Below are positions 21,609 through 32,094 of a DNA stretch of 64,000 nucleotides, one piece after another (position 1 is the first letter of the stretch; every line of letters starts with the position of its first letter). The position numbers and the translations under genes were made by a program. Source of the stretch: Candidatus Heimdallarchaeum endolithica (GTDB lineage Archaea; Asgardarchaeota; Heimdallarchaeia; Heimdallarchaeales; Heimdallarchaeaceae); assembly GCA_021513715.1 (NCBI GenBank), contig CP084167.1, positions 2,784,001 through 2,848,000 on the forward strand, read 5' to 3'. Below the pieces are notes generated by a model. That model was not told where the DNA came from. It made no database searches and saw only the letters and a list, made by a program, of their open reading frames with translations.

Positions 21609-23192
21609 TTATTCTGATTCTTTTTCATCTGATTTCAGTTTTATCTCTTTTATCGGTGGTTCGGGAAGCTCTTCTATTGTTGAAAGTTTCTTTTCTAACT
21701 CTACTTTCTTAATGAATGCCTCATTTAATCTTATGCTCTTGACTACTTTTTCTAATTCCTCATCAGTTTTTCTTTTGTATGTTCCCCAATCTTTGGAATA
21801 TAATCCATATTTTTTAGCTAGATTTAATTCCCAGTTATCCAGTATTTTCTTTGTGTTCTTTATTGCTATTCTGTTTAGGATGAAAATACAATTGTCAATT
21901 ATTTGCCAGGCTTTTATTCTATGCTCTGAAGAGAGCTCTTCTTTATCTTTAGCTTGAATTAAACTGTTTATTAATCGAATAATCGTCTTTCTTAATTCTT
22001 CTACTGAATAGTCATATTCATCTACAATCTTTACTGCCAAAAGATTTGTTTCTGCAAGAGCTCTAGTTAGTTGTCCTTCCAACAGTGATGTGCTCCTGGA
22101 GAATTTGCGCTTTTCAAACCTCTTGCTTAAACTATTTATTACTTTTAATGATCTTTCTACATCTACTTTGGCATTACGTCTGAAAAATCTAATTATTCTT
22201 TTGCTTAAGGAAACACTTTCTTCTACAAATTTATCACTATACTTCTGTTTGCTCAGCTCTTCTAGTGCTTCTGAAACGCTTTCCATTACTCCTGGTTCAT
22301 TAATACTAAATTTCATCAGGAAATAAGCTATTTCCATTTTTGTATAATAGGAGACCTCTCCTAAATTTACCTTTAAAAATAGAATGATTTGACTTCTAGT
22401 ATCAAAATCTAGTTTTGTCAAAGAATCTGCCAAGTCCAATAAATGAAGAAATTTCAAAAGGTTTGATAATCCTATTTCCTTTGTTTCTGCGATGTCTTTT
22501 AGAAGTTTAAACACTATTGATTCCAGTATCTTATTTGTTTCAAGGTTTTTTGCCCCAATTAATGCCCATAATTCAGAAAATAGAGCTAATTGATCAATTT
22601 CTTCACTTTCTTCTCCTTTGAAGTGCCTTAAAAACCTTTTAATTAGCAGCTCCTCATGTTGATAGGCTTTTTGTATTGGTTTATATTTCTCCATGCTCTT
22701 CTTTAAATAACTGGAGAAATGTTCATCTTCTATATATTCTTCTATTTTTTCCTCTGCTTTTTTATCTCCTGAGATAAATCTTTCAAATAACTTTTCTCCT
22801 ACTTCTACTGGGACATTTGATAATCCAACATGCGCATCATAAAGTAGCCCTGTTGTTAATTCTACAAGTAAACTTTCTATAGTTTCCATTTTCTCAAGAA
22901 TCATTCCATGTTCATCTGAAAGTTTTTGTACACTTTTGATAATCAGAAAGTCAATCTCTTTTTGTTTTATTCCAAAAGCTTGTAATTCTTCTTGTAAAAC
23001 ATTTCTAAATAGTTCTAAACCCTTTTCTGATATCCCTTCTTGGTCTACATCAATCTTGTTTTTTTGTAATTTTTTCTTGATTCTCTTGTATAAAAAATCC
23101 CCTGCAGCTTTTCCTCCAAGGAATTTCCCAGCTTCAATTAAAATTGTGGACATCAGAGAAGCAAAGCTTACTGCAATAAACATATGTGTCAC
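21609..23192 (-). CDS. Hypothetical alpha-helical, charged protein
   Basis: Long ORF with host-like codon usage; no recognisable motif. Confidence 0.6.
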   Translation of the reverse strand: MTHMFIAVSFASLMSTILIEAGKFLGGKAAGDFLYKRIKKKLQKNKIDVDQEGISEKGLELFRNVLQEELQAFGIKQKEIDFLIIKSVQKLSDEHGMILEKMETIESLLVELTTGLLYDAHVGLSNVPVEVGEKLFERFISGDKKAEEKIEEYIEDEHFSSYLKKSMEKYKPIQKAYQHEELLIKRFLRHFKGEESEEIDQLALFSELWALIGAKNLETNKILESIVFKLLKDIAETKEIGLSNLLKFLHLLDLADSLTKLDFDTRSQIILFLKVNLGEVSYYTKMEIAYFLMKFSINEPGVMESVSEALEELSKQKYSDKFVEESVSLSKRIIRFFRRNAKVDVERSLKVINSLSKRFEKRKFSRSTSLLEGQLTRALAETNLLAVKIVDEYDYSVEELRKTIIRLINSLIQAKDKEELSSEHRIKAWQIIDNCIFILNRIAIKNTKKILDNWELNLAKKYGLYSKDWGTYKRKTDEELEKVVKSIRLNEAFIKKVELEKKLSTIEELPEPPIKEIKLKSDEKESE

Positions 23193-23300
23193 TTTTTTTA
23201 TTGCGTTATTAATTTTAAAACTTGTTGAAATTCTAAGAGAAAAACTTTACTCTAATTTGAAATAAAAAAGTCCTGGTATTTTTCTTTTAGTAGTTTCATT

Positions 23301-23438
23301 CTATCTCGCATCACTTTTTTTTTCTCTTTTCTCTATTAACAGTCTTACCAGAACCTTGTTTATCTCTTTTTTTATCTCATCTGGAATGTCTAACTTCCTG
23401 ACGATTTTCCAATCTCTGTAGATTGTTATTCTATTCAT
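23301..23438 (-). CDS. Small hypothetical protein (MNRITIYRDWKIVRKLDIPDEIKKEINKVLVRLLIEKREKKSDAR), not in the ORF track
   Basis: GGGGTAA SD-like sequence before the ATG. Removing one A from the A9 run would extend it to about 61 aa. Confidence 0.4.
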   Translation of the reverse strand: MNRITIYRDWKIVRKLDIPDEIKKEINKVLVRLLIEKREKKSDAR

Positions 23439-23637
23439 TTTATTACCCCCTTTTCTGGTGTACCTAGTACCACCAACATTTTTTAACTTAGATTTATACC
23501 AAAATAGAGAAAAGTCTATTCTATTTTTCTAGAACCTTCAAAAACTGTTAATCAAATCCTCTCTTTTCTTAAAAAAGCATTTTTTGCTAACTTTAAGAAC
23601 TTAGCACATTCTTTATATAATAAGGAGTGATGATTAT

Positions 23638-24171
23638 TTGAGAAGAATGAAACGAGCATTATATCTCGGGCGATTTAACCCTCCACATTATGGTCATGTT
23701 GAAGCTATAAAATATATATTAGCACAAGAAGATATAGACGAAGTTATTATTTTAATTGGGAGTGGAGAAAAAGCCTACTATCCTAAGAACCCTTTTACAG
23801 GCGGAGAAAGAGTAGAAATGATAGGTGCTATTATCAGAGAATATTTTGATATTTCCAAATTTTATATTCAAGCCATACCTGATTCTAACAGAAACTCTAT
23901 TTGGCCAGCCCATGCAATCGATCTTGTTCCCCCTTTTGATGTAATATTTACAAACAATCCCCTAGTTCAAGAGTTATTTAAAGACTTAACAACTAAAGAA
24001 ATAAGATCTATACCTTTGAATAATAGAAAAGAGTGGAGTGGAAAAGAAATTCGTAGACGAATGTTGGAAAATGAAAATTGGAGAGAATTTGTTCCTCCAG
24101 CTGTTGTTTCTTTAATTGAGAAATATGATGGAATAAATAGAATTAAGAAAATTAACCAAGACGATTATTAG
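23638..24171 (+). CDS. nadM: Archaeal nicotinamide-nucleotide adenylyltransferase
   Basis: GRFNPPHYGH, NPFTGGER, SG.EIR. Confidence 0.9.
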   Translation: MRRMKRALYLGRFNPPHYGHVEAIKYILAQEDIDEVIILIGSGEKAYYPKNPFTGGERVEMIGAIIREYFDISKFYIQAIPDSNRNSIWPAHAIDLVPPFDVIFTNNPLVQELFKDLTTKEIRSIPLNNRKEWSGKEIRRRMLENENWREFVPPAVVSLIEKYDGINRIKKINQDDY

Positions 24172-24327
24172 TTTTAAATCAATGAAAATTAAAGCAAAAC
24201 TTTCCTCGATAATTTATAGTGTAAAATTTTTGATATAGTTGAAAAAAGTAAGACCTTGAAGTTAAAGAAATAAAAAAAGTAAAGACTTTTGTTGACTAAT
24301 TTTAATAATATTGAAATAAATATGTGA

Positions 24328-25158
24328 GTGAGTAGAATGAATTGGTATATTGTTCTTATAGGTACTTTAGCCTCTTTTGTAGCTGGAATATCCACTGCTA
24401 TAGGAGCTCTACCTGTTTTTTTTAAGAAAGATATATCTGATAAAACATTAGACATTTTATTAGGATTTGCTTCTGGTGTAATGTTAGCAGCTTCAGCTTT
24501 TAGCTTATTAGTTCCAGCATTAAATTTGAGTATTGAAGAAGGGGGAGGATTTTATATTGGTTCTGTACCTATAAAAAGCATATGGCTTGTTTCTATAGGG
24601 GTAATCACAGGAGCACTTTTTATTGACTTAATTGACAAATGGGCTCCTCATGAACATTTCGTGGCTGGTCCTGAAGGAAAAATAAGTAAAAGATTAGCAG
24701 CTACATGGTTGTTTATTATAGCAGTGACTATACATAATTTTCCTGAAGGTCTAGCAGTAGGAGTAAGTTTTGGAACTGAACAGATATCTAGTGGTATTAT
24801 TGTAGCTATGGCTATAGGATTACAAAATATCCCTGAAGGGACAGCTGTAGCCATGCCTTTACTAAGAGAAGGTTATAAGCAAAGAAAAGCATTCTTAATT
24901 GCTCTTTTTACAGGATTGGTTGAACCAGTCGGTGCTTTCATTGGGGTTGTAGCTGTATCAGTAGCTAAATTCTTTTTAGGTTTTGGAATGGCTTTTGCTG
25001 CTGGAGCGATGATATTTGTAGTAACTGATGAAATAATACCTGAAATGCATGGAAAGAAATATGCTAGACAAGTAACATTTGGGATAATTTTTGGTTTTGT
25101 ATTAATGATGTTCCTAGATAATTTTATAGAGCCTTTTTTGGAAACAATAATGAGATGA
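24328..25158 (+). CDS. ZIP-family metal transporter (ZupT/GufA)
   Basis: HNFPEG, QNIPEG, EIIPE. Confidence 0.92.
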   Translation: MSRMNWYIVLIGTLASFVAGISTAIGALPVFFKKDISDKTLDILLGFASGVMLAASAFSLLVPALNLSIEEGGGFYIGSVPIKSIWLVSIGVITGALFIDLIDKWAPHEHFVAGPEGKISKRLAATWLFIIAVTIHNFPEGLAVGVSFGTEQISSGIIVAMAIGLQNIPEGTAVAMPLLREGYKQRKAFLIALFTGLVEPVGAFIGVVAVSVAKFFLGFGMAFAAGAMIFVVTDEIIPEMHGKKYARQVTFGIIFGFVLMMFLDNFIEPFLETIMR

Positions 25159-25218
25159 ACCATTAGAGAGCACTATTATAGGCTGTGTCTTTTGTGTTCT
25201 CTTAGTTCAGTCCTCACA
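25152..25218. other. Intergenic hairpin between convergent genes
   Basis: TGAAC/GTTCA plus AGAGAGCAC/GTGTTCTCT stems, followed by ACA. Confidence 0.4.
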
Positions 25219-25271
25219 AATATTGATGTGTTGACTAGATAGGTAGAGCCTTGAAGAAATTGAGCAAAATT

Positions 25272-26582
25272 TCAACTCATTAGTCCTCCTCCTCCCTCCT
25301 CTTTCCTAGTCATTGCGGTTGTCCACCCTGTACGACCTAAAATACTAATAGATTTAGGAGGTTGTAATTTCACGAAATTTGGATCTTTTGAATTGCATAT
25401 TTTAGTAAAAGGACATTCTCTTAATTCAGGGAGCTTTTCTTGAATTCTTCTATTTCTACTTACGTAAATCTCTCCTTCTTGATACTTACAAGGAAGATCC
25501 TTAAAAATTAGACTAGCCCTTTTTCTTTCTCTTTTTTCTTCATAACAAACTTGGCATGTGCTATTCCTGCTAGAGTGCCAAAAGAAAGTGTGTCCTTCAC
25601 TGTCGCATTTGAAAAAAGATAATTTTTCTTTACATAATTCTTTTCCTATTATTTTGTAAATTAAATAGTCCATTTGACAAGGACTTTCTATGGTCTCTGT
25701 TGGATATTTGTCTTTCCATATTTCCCAAACCCTTCTCCAAGCTTTTGCATTCATTTTATCTAACAATACGTACTGATAGCAAAATATGTCTAAAAAACTA
25801 CTTATTAAAGGAATATCTGTTTTTAATATTCCAGTTCTTAATGCAACCCTTATTGTATTAACATCACTTGCTACATCAATTTTATCATAGTTTTTTCCTT
25901 GTGGCCAAACATTTAATTGCCGCATATCTCTTAAAAACATGTCAGTTTTTTTATTTCCAAAACCAGAACCCTTTAATTCTGTCAATAGTTTTCTTATTTC
26001 AAGATAATCTTCGTTAGCATATGAAAAAAGATCAAATGGTTCTAATCCATTTGAATAGAGAAATTCAGCTGTAATTTGTGCATATCTTAATCTTTTATCA
26101 GATTGCGACAACCCTTGAAGCTGTAGTTTTGCTAAAAACGTTTGTGGTTCTTCTAAAATAAATTTTATATCAAAAACTGATGGATCACTTCTATAAATCT
26201 CTGCAAATTCTGAAAAATTTCTAGAACCACGAAAATCTTGATTTGCAGTAAATAATCTAACTTTACAGATTTCTTCTTTTGTGAGATCTAATGTGTCATA
26301 TAGTTCTAAAAATATGTTTTTTCCATATTTGACAAATAAATCATGTAAAACATCAGCAACAGATTCACATTTTTCTTCATGTATGGTTGGATTTAGAATC
26401 TTTTTGTGGTTTTTCTCCCAAAATTTGTGAAAATCTGAAAAATACTCAAACTCTTGTTCAAAAACTTTTATTTTTCCGATTCCTTTGTAATTTGTGTAAA
26501 AATACTGATTTATATTTTTCAGCGTTCTTTTCTGCTCTTGGATATCAGAATGTTCAAGAATTGATTTAATGTCAAAGCTCAA
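25272..26582 (-). CDS. HhH-GPD superfamily (endonuclease III-like) DNA glycosylase-fold protein with Cys-rich C-terminus
   Basis: HhH-like LKGSGFGNKKTDMFLRD; catalytic-Asp-like DVASDVNTIRVALRTG; GKELC...LPC...CPFTKIC; AAGGTGA SD before the TTG start. Confidence 0.65.
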   Translation of the reverse strand: MSFDIKSILEHSDIQEQKRTLKNINQYFYTNYKGIGKIKVFEQEFEYFSDFHKFWEKNHKKILNPTIHEEKCESVADVLHDLFVKYGKNIFLELYDTLDLTKEEICKVRLFTANQDFRGSRNFSEFAEIYRSDPSVFDIKFILEEPQTFLAKLQLQGLSQSDKRLRYAQITAEFLYSNGLEPFDLFSYANEDYLEIRKLLTELKGSGFGNKKTDMFLRDMRQLNVWPQGKNYDKIDVASDVNTIRVALRTGILKTDIPLISSFLDIFCYQYVLLDKMNAKAWRRVWEIWKDKYPTETIESPCQMDYLIYKIIGKELCKEKLSFFKCDSEGHTFFWHSSRNSTCQVCYEEKRERKRASLIFKDLPCKYQEGEIYVSRNRRIQEKLPELRECPFTKICNSKDPNFVKLQPPKSISILGRTGWTTAMTRKEEGGGGLMS

Positions 26583-26747
26583 ATAATCACCTTTTATTAA
26601 TTGAGTTTTTATGCTATTTGTTTCTTTCCTTTTTAAATTAATATTTTTGTTTTTAAATGTTGAAAAAAGATAACCAATTTAAAAATAATGAACATCTTTT
26701 TAATCTGAATTCTAATAGTGTTAATGAAGCAATAGGTTGGAATTTAG

Positions 26748-27683
26748 ATGCAAACAAAAAAGGAGAAAAATAGAAACGAAACATCTAGACAAACATTTAT
26801 TGAAAGTTATATCAATGATAAAAGAAAAAATAAATCTCCAACATTCAAAATTTCTCCTGAACCTGTTGTAAAATGGGCAGGAGGAAAACGTGGTCTTATT
26901 GAACAATATTCGCGTTATTTTCCATCAAACTTCAACTATTATTTTGAACCTTTCTTTGGAGGAGGAGCAGTTTTCTTTCATCTTTCCTCATTGGGTTTGA
27001 TAAAAAAAGCTAAGATTTCAGATATTAATTCTGAATTAATAAACATGTATATTGTAATTAGAGATAATGTAGAAGAACTTATTTTCGAATTGAAGTCTGG
27101 AAAATATTATAATGACAAAGAACAATATTACAAAATTAGAGCAGAAGAGCCAAATGATCCTGTTTTAAGAGCTGCTCGACTTATTTACCTTAATCATACT
27201 TGTTTCAACGGTTTATATAGAGTGAATAAGAAAGGTAAATTTAATGTTCCCTATGGAAGATACCCTAAAGATGTGAAAATTTTTGATGAAAACAATTTGA
27301 GAGAAGTTATGTTGTCCTTACAAAATGTGGAGATAACAGTAGAGGATTTTGAAGAATCTGTAAAAGAAGCTAAAAAAGGAGATTTCGTTTATTTTGATCC
27401 ACCATATGCACCTCTGACTAAAACTGCAGATTTTACAAGTTATACCAAAGAAGGTTTTGGTGAAAATGAGCAAAAAAGATTAGCTGAAGTGTTTAGACAA
27501 TTATGTGACAAAGGCTGTTATGTTATGGAAAGTAATTCTAGCGCCCAAATAATTAAAGATTTGTATTCAGAATTTAATATAATTACTGTACGCGCAAAAC
27601 GGTATATAAATAGTGACCCTTCTGGTAGAAAAGGAGTCGATGAGTTATTGATATTAAGTCCTAACCTTCTAGAAAGTGCCTAA
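26748..27683 (+). CDS. dam: Dam/DpnM-family (D12 class) N6-adenine DNA methyltransferase
   Basis: KWAGGK, EPFFGGGAVFF, FNGLYRVN, DPPY. Confidence 0.92.
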   Translation: MQTKKEKNRNETSRQTFIESYINDKRKNKSPTFKISPEPVVKWAGGKRGLIEQYSRYFPSNFNYYFEPFFGGGAVFFHLSSLGLIKKAKISDINSELINMYIVIRDNVEELIFELKSGKYYNDKEQYYKIRAEEPNDPVLRAARLIYLNHTCFNGLYRVNKKGKFNVPYGRYPKDVKIFDENNLREVMLSLQNVEITVEDFEESVKEAKKGDFVYFDPPYAPLTKTADFTSYTKEGFGENEQKRLAEVFRQLCDKGCYVMESNSSAQIIKDLYSEFNIITVRAKRYINSDPSGRKGVDELLILSPNLLESA

Positions 27684-27698
27684 TTTAGAAAATACCAT

Positions 27699-28598
27699 TT
27701 AAATTTGAACTATATTTGAATTTGATATATCTTCGTTTTTTCGTGGTTTCCTTAAAATATACAGATGTTCGTGCATGATTAAGTGGAAATTATATTTTAA
27801 GCTTTGTTCCTTCCATTTATCAGTACTCTTGCAATTCCATTGGTGTTTGATAATATCTTCCATTAATAGAAATCCACTGTCAAGTGCTGCTTTTAATACA
27901 TATAAAGATAATGGGATATAGTGTCTATTTCTTCTAGTATCCCCAATTAGTAATGCTAAAATTCTATTAGGTACTAATACACGAAAGCATTCGTCTGTAA
28001 TTTTTTTAATGTTCATAAAAAATTGTTCGACATCTTTAATTTGAGATAAATCGTTTGGATTGTCAAAAGAATATTGAATAATATTTAGATAAGGCGGATG
28101 TGTGCATATTAGATTTACACTTTCATCACTGATTTCATTTAAGTTTCTTGCATCTCCATGGTAAAGCTTAATATCTACTTCTCCCTTTGGAGCTATAGTT
28201 TTTTTTAATCTATCTTCTGTTATTTGCAATGGTTTTTTATTAACATCTATTCCAATTCCTTTTCTTTTTAGTAATTTTGTTTCAATTAATGTTGTTCCAC
28301 TCCCAACCATTGGATCAAGAACCACTTCTCCCTCTTTCGAATATCTTAAGACAATGTTTTTAGGTATTTGGGGCGCAAAGTTTCCTCTATAGTCTCCTTT
28401 GTGAGAAGACCAATTTCCTCTTTCCTGAAATGACCAAACTGTTGTTGTTTCTAATTCAAAATTATTATTAGTTTCTTTATAATTATTCTCTAAGTATTTT
28501 TCTTCATAACATAATTTCATATCTGGAAATATCTTTTTTTCACAATTTTTCTCATTTATCACAATATATATACTAACGTATGCTTTTAAACTAAACAA
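27699..28598 (-). CDS. N4/N6 amino-DNA methyltransferase (HPPY type)
   Basis: YRGNFAPQIP, VLDPMVGSGTT, THPPY, HEHLYILRKP. Confidence 0.85.
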   Translation of the reverse strand: MFSLKAYVSIYIVINEKNCEKKIFPDMKLCYEEKYLENNYKETNNNFELETTTVWSFQERGNWSSHKGDYRGNFAPQIPKNIVLRYSKEGEVVLDPMVGSGTTLIETKLLKRKGIGIDVNKKPLQITEDRLKKTIAPKGEVDIKLYHGDARNLNEISDESVNLICTHPPYLNIIQYSFDNPNDLSQIKDVEQFFMNIKKITDECFRVLVPNRILALLIGDTRRNRHYIPLSLYVLKAALDSGFLLMEDIIKHQWNCKSTDKWKEQSLKYNFHLIMHEHLYILRKPRKNEDISNSNIVQI

Positions 28599-28692
28599 AT
28601 TTTTGTTATGTACAATATTATTCTATTCTTATAATATAGAAAATATATAGAAAAATTTAATTTCGAATTTGGTTTATTTAAATAAGTAAAAG

Positions 28693-29346
28693 GTGATAAA
28701 GATATCGATAAAGAAAAAGAAAAAACCAAAACTCCAAGAATTGTTTATTGAGAATTGTTTATTTGTTGAAGAAGCTTTTTATTCAATGGAAAAAGCAATT
28801 ATTGCCTATTTAGATGGTGATTTTGACCAAGCGATAGAAAAAACTAATGAGACAATAGAAATAGAAAAAAAACAAGATAGATCAAGAGAAGAAATAATTG
28901 GTCGTCTTTTTTCTCGTGAAACTATGGTTTTTTCTCGGTCTGACAGGTTAAGCATTATTGAATCTTTGGATAGAATAGCTGATAAAATAGAAATAGCTCT
29001 AAAAAACCTGATAATTCATAGATGTGATATATCTTCTGAGTTAAAAGAAGGAATTATAAAAATAACAAAGTTAAATAGCAAAATAGGAAAAGAGGTTAAA
29101 GAACTGGTTATTGCTATCTTTGAAGACTTTAGTAAGGGAAAAGAGCATGTAGATGAAATTACTAACTTAAGGAGAGAAGTAAGAACTATTCATTGGGCTC
29201 TTTTAGAAAAAAATTATAATGTTAATCAAGATTACAAGGATTTTAATCTACAAGAGACTTTAATAAAAAATCTTGGAAAAGTTGCAGATAGAGCAGAAGA
29301 ATTTGCTGATCAAATATACAATTTACTATGTAAATACTCATCTTAA
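28693..29346 (+). CDS. DUF47/PhoU-like phosphate transport regulator
   Basis: E...D..R, R.D...LD.IAD and AD.AE..AD helical repeats; upstream of a Pit transporter. Confidence 0.8.
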   Translation: MIKISIKKKKKPKLQELFIENCLFVEEAFYSMEKAIIAYLDGDFDQAIEKTNETIEIEKKQDRSREEIIGRLFSRETMVFSRSDRLSIIESLDRIADKIEIALKNLIIHRCDISSELKEGIIKITKLNSKIGKEVKELVIAIFEDFSKGKEHVDEITNLRREVRTIHWALLEKNYNVNQDYKDFNLQETLIKNLGKVADRAEEFADQIYNLLCKYSS

Positions 29347-29369
29347 AGAAACAGACTTAGGGCGATAAA

Positions 29370-30377
29370 ATGGAGATTTTAATTATTTCTTTACTTGTAC
29401 TTATGGTATTTTTAGCCTTTGGAATCGGGGCAAACGATGAAACTATGGCTACTTTAGTAGGAAGTAGAGCTATTAAATTTAAATATGCTATTATTTTAGG
29501 TGCTGTTCTAGTTTTTGTTGGAGTACTCTTTTTATCTGCAAGTGTAGGAAAAACCATAGGTGCAAATCTGTTAGGTTCAGAGGTGGAATATAACTTTTTT
29601 ATGATGTTTTCAGTACTGATTAGTACAACTATATGGCTAATTGTGGCTTCACAAACTGGGGCTCCAATTTCAACAACTCATTCTGTTGTAGGTTCGGTTT
29701 TTGGAATTTCGATTATTTGGAGTATAAGCGAAGGAAAAAGTTTCATAGTTGCTGTGAACTGGATAAAGATGGGAGATGTGGTTCTCGGATGGATTATATC
29801 ACCTATTTTAGGTTTTATTGGCGCATACTTGTTTCAGTTATTAGTAAATAAAATAATCAAAAGACAACAAGAAGGACTGGTCAAATTAGAAAAAATGGAA
29901 AAAATATTTATGTATTTGTTAATAGTTGCAGTATCTTGGACGCAAATAAGTCGAGGTGGAAATGACTCAGCTAACGCTCTAGGAATAATGTATGGATTAA
30001 TAGAATCAGGTGATTTGCCTGCTGATTATTCATTGATGTTAACAGTTATTACAGGCCTAGTTCTCTCTCTTGGATTAATGATTGTAGGTAAAAACGTGAT
30101 AAGAAATGTAGGGCAAAATTTGATTGAGATGAGACCTTCAGATGCTTTTAGTATTCAAATATCTACAAGCATTGTGATTTTTTTAGCTACGTTGTTAGGT
30201 TTACCTGTTTCAGGTAGCCATATTCTGATCTTTGCTGTAGTTGGAGCAGGAAGAGTGAAAGGAGAAAGGCCTGATAAAAAATCGTTTAGAAAAATGGTGT
30301 TAAGTTGGATAATAACCTTCCCGGTTGCAGCGATAGTATCTGCACTTTGTTATGTACTATTCTTAGCCATCTTTTGA
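29370..30377 (+). CDS. PiT-family inorganic phosphate transporter
   Basis: GANDE, PISTTH, GGNDSAN, PVSGSH. Confidence 0.9.
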   Translation: MEILIISLLVLMVFLAFGIGANDETMATLVGSRAIKFKYAIILGAVLVFVGVLFLSASVGKTIGANLLGSEVEYNFFMMFSVLISTTIWLIVASQTGAPISTTHSVVGSVFGISIIWSISEGKSFIVAVNWIKMGDVVLGWIISPILGFIGAYLFQLLVNKIIKRQQEGLVKLEKMEKIFMYLLIVAVSWTQISRGGNDSANALGIMYGLIESGDLPADYSLMLTVITGLVLSLGLMIVGKNVIRNVGQNLIEMRPSDAFSIQISTSIVIFLATLLGLPVSGSHILIFAVVGAGRVKGERPDKKSFRKMVLSWIITFPVAAIVSALCYVLFLAIF

Positions 30378-30393
30378 GTAAAAAAAGGTTAAA

Positions 30394-31974
30394 CTATGTT
30401 CTTTCTCCAAAAACTTTTTGGATAATTAGGTTAGCTGATTGATAAAAAGTCTGTTCTTCAATTTTTTTTGATAAAACATCTTCGAAAACAAATTCAAACT
30501 CTTGATTGAATAATTTCATTCTTTCTCGAGTTTCAGATAGTTCTTCAGTTGCTATTACTGCTGTAAGTATTTTAGTAGAACTTTCAATTAAGATACTGAA
30601 CTCTTCCTGTTTAATTATTTTTAGTTGCTCTTCATTATCAGCCATTTCTTGTATTAGAGTAGTCATAGCTTTTAATGCTCCTGCTAGAACTAAGCTATTT
30701 GTTCTAGAAAATTTTAGTTTATTTGCGCTAAATTCATAATTGTACAATAGTGTTCCATTATGTGAAAAAACAAGAATATAACGTAGTGTTTGTCTCCAAG
30801 ACAGCTCTTTTTTTGAAGGGAGGGTTTCATTTATTTGCGAAAGTACAACTACAGCCATAATTATAATAAATAACAAAATAAGCGATAAATACATTGGTTC
30901 ATTCTGGATAGTAGATTTTATTATTTCTCCAAGCAAAACTCCTGAACTCATACCTAATCCTACAAAGATAATATGAATCGAAAAATCCAATTTGAACTTC
31001 TTTTTTGGTGTTGTTTCAAACATTAAGACAATACCAGAGATAATACTAAAAGTAAATCCAAGACCAATTGTGAGTGGGAAGAAGATAAGAAGATAAGAAT
31101 TAATATCTGAAATGAAAGGAAGTAGAAGAAAAGCTAAAGCTTGAATAATAAACCCAATTGTAACTGTTATTCTTCTACCAATTATATCTGCTAATAGTCC
31201 TACAGGGTAGGAAAACAAGAAGAAAATAAATGCTACTTCAATTACAAAGTGATAAAGATAGTCAGTCAATTCATAAATTTGAAAAAGTAAAATAGTAGAA
31301 TAATAAGTGTTTGTAAAAAAGAAACCCCAGAATAAAGCAAAAAGGCTACTCCATCCATACTTACCTATACGGTTAACAAGTTCTACTTTCTCTTCCTCTT
31401 GCGAGAATAGAGAAAATTTTCTTTTACCAACTAATATTGAAGAAAAAATAAGTATTAAAATTAAAACAAGAAAAGAAAGATTAATCCATTTTTTATCTCT
31501 AGCGAATCTATCTATAAATGCTTCAATAATCATAAATGGAGCAATAGACATAAGAGCAAGTGAATACATTCTTGCTCCCATTTGGGGATTTTCAAAAAAG
31601 TAGATTAAATTATAATGTGCAACAACTAACCCTATTCCTATAGAGTAGCCTGCAATACCAAGAAGAAGAGATATTAACCATATTTTGTTAACAAATAACA
31701 TAGTTACCATGGAAAAACAAAGTGTAGTTGAAGAAATTAAGTAAAGAACAAAACTATCCAGATTTCTAAAAAGAAATATATAGGAAATGCTTCCTAAACT
31801 AATAAAAAATAAGTGGAAAATAATAAAAATAAAACTTGATGCATTACTATTAATAAGAGTTGAGAACTCAATAATAAAATGGAGATTCCAAGAAAAAGCT
31901 CCAAAAACGCCAGTACCTACCAAAACTAACCAACTATATGTTGAATAGTGTTTTAAATTTGGGAATAAGTTCAA
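30394..31974 (-). CDS. MFS-like membrane protein fused to a C-terminal longin-like domain
   Basis: About 12 TM helices with motif A GLLADIIGRR; C-terminal YILVFSHNGTLLY...LAGALKAM...F..EFE..F. Confidence 0.65.
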   Translation of the reverse strand: MNLFPNLKHYSTYSWLVLVGTGVFGAFSWNLHFIIEFSTLINSNASSFIFIIFHLFFISLGSISYIFLFRNLDSFVLYLISSTTLCFSMVTMLFVNKIWLISLLLGIAGYSIGIGLVVAHYNLIYFFENPQMGARMYSLALMSIAPFMIIEAFIDRFARDKKWINLSFLVLILILIFSSILVGKRKFSLFSQEEEKVELVNRIGKYGWSSLFALFWGFFFTNTYYSTILLFQIYELTDYLYHFVIEVAFIFFLFSYPVGLLADIIGRRITVTIGFIIQALAFLLLPFISDINSYLLIFFPLTIGLGFTFSIISGIVLMFETTPKKKFKLDFSIHIIFVGLGMSSGVLLGEIIKSTIQNEPMYLSLILLFIIIMAVVVLSQINETLPSKKELSWRQTLRYILVFSHNGTLLYNYEFSANKLKFSRTNSLVLAGALKAMTTLIQEMADNEEQLKIIKQEEFSILIESSTKILTAVIATEELSETRERMKLFNQEFEFVFEDVLSKKIEEQTFYQSANLIIQKVFGERT

Positions 31975-32094
31975 TTATGTTCACAACCCTTTTATCCTTA
32001 AACAAAAAAAGCTTATTATAAATCTTATTAGTAATACAAAAGCAAAAATCTTTTCTGAAAAATATAGTAAAAAAATAGAGAATATACTTCAAAA

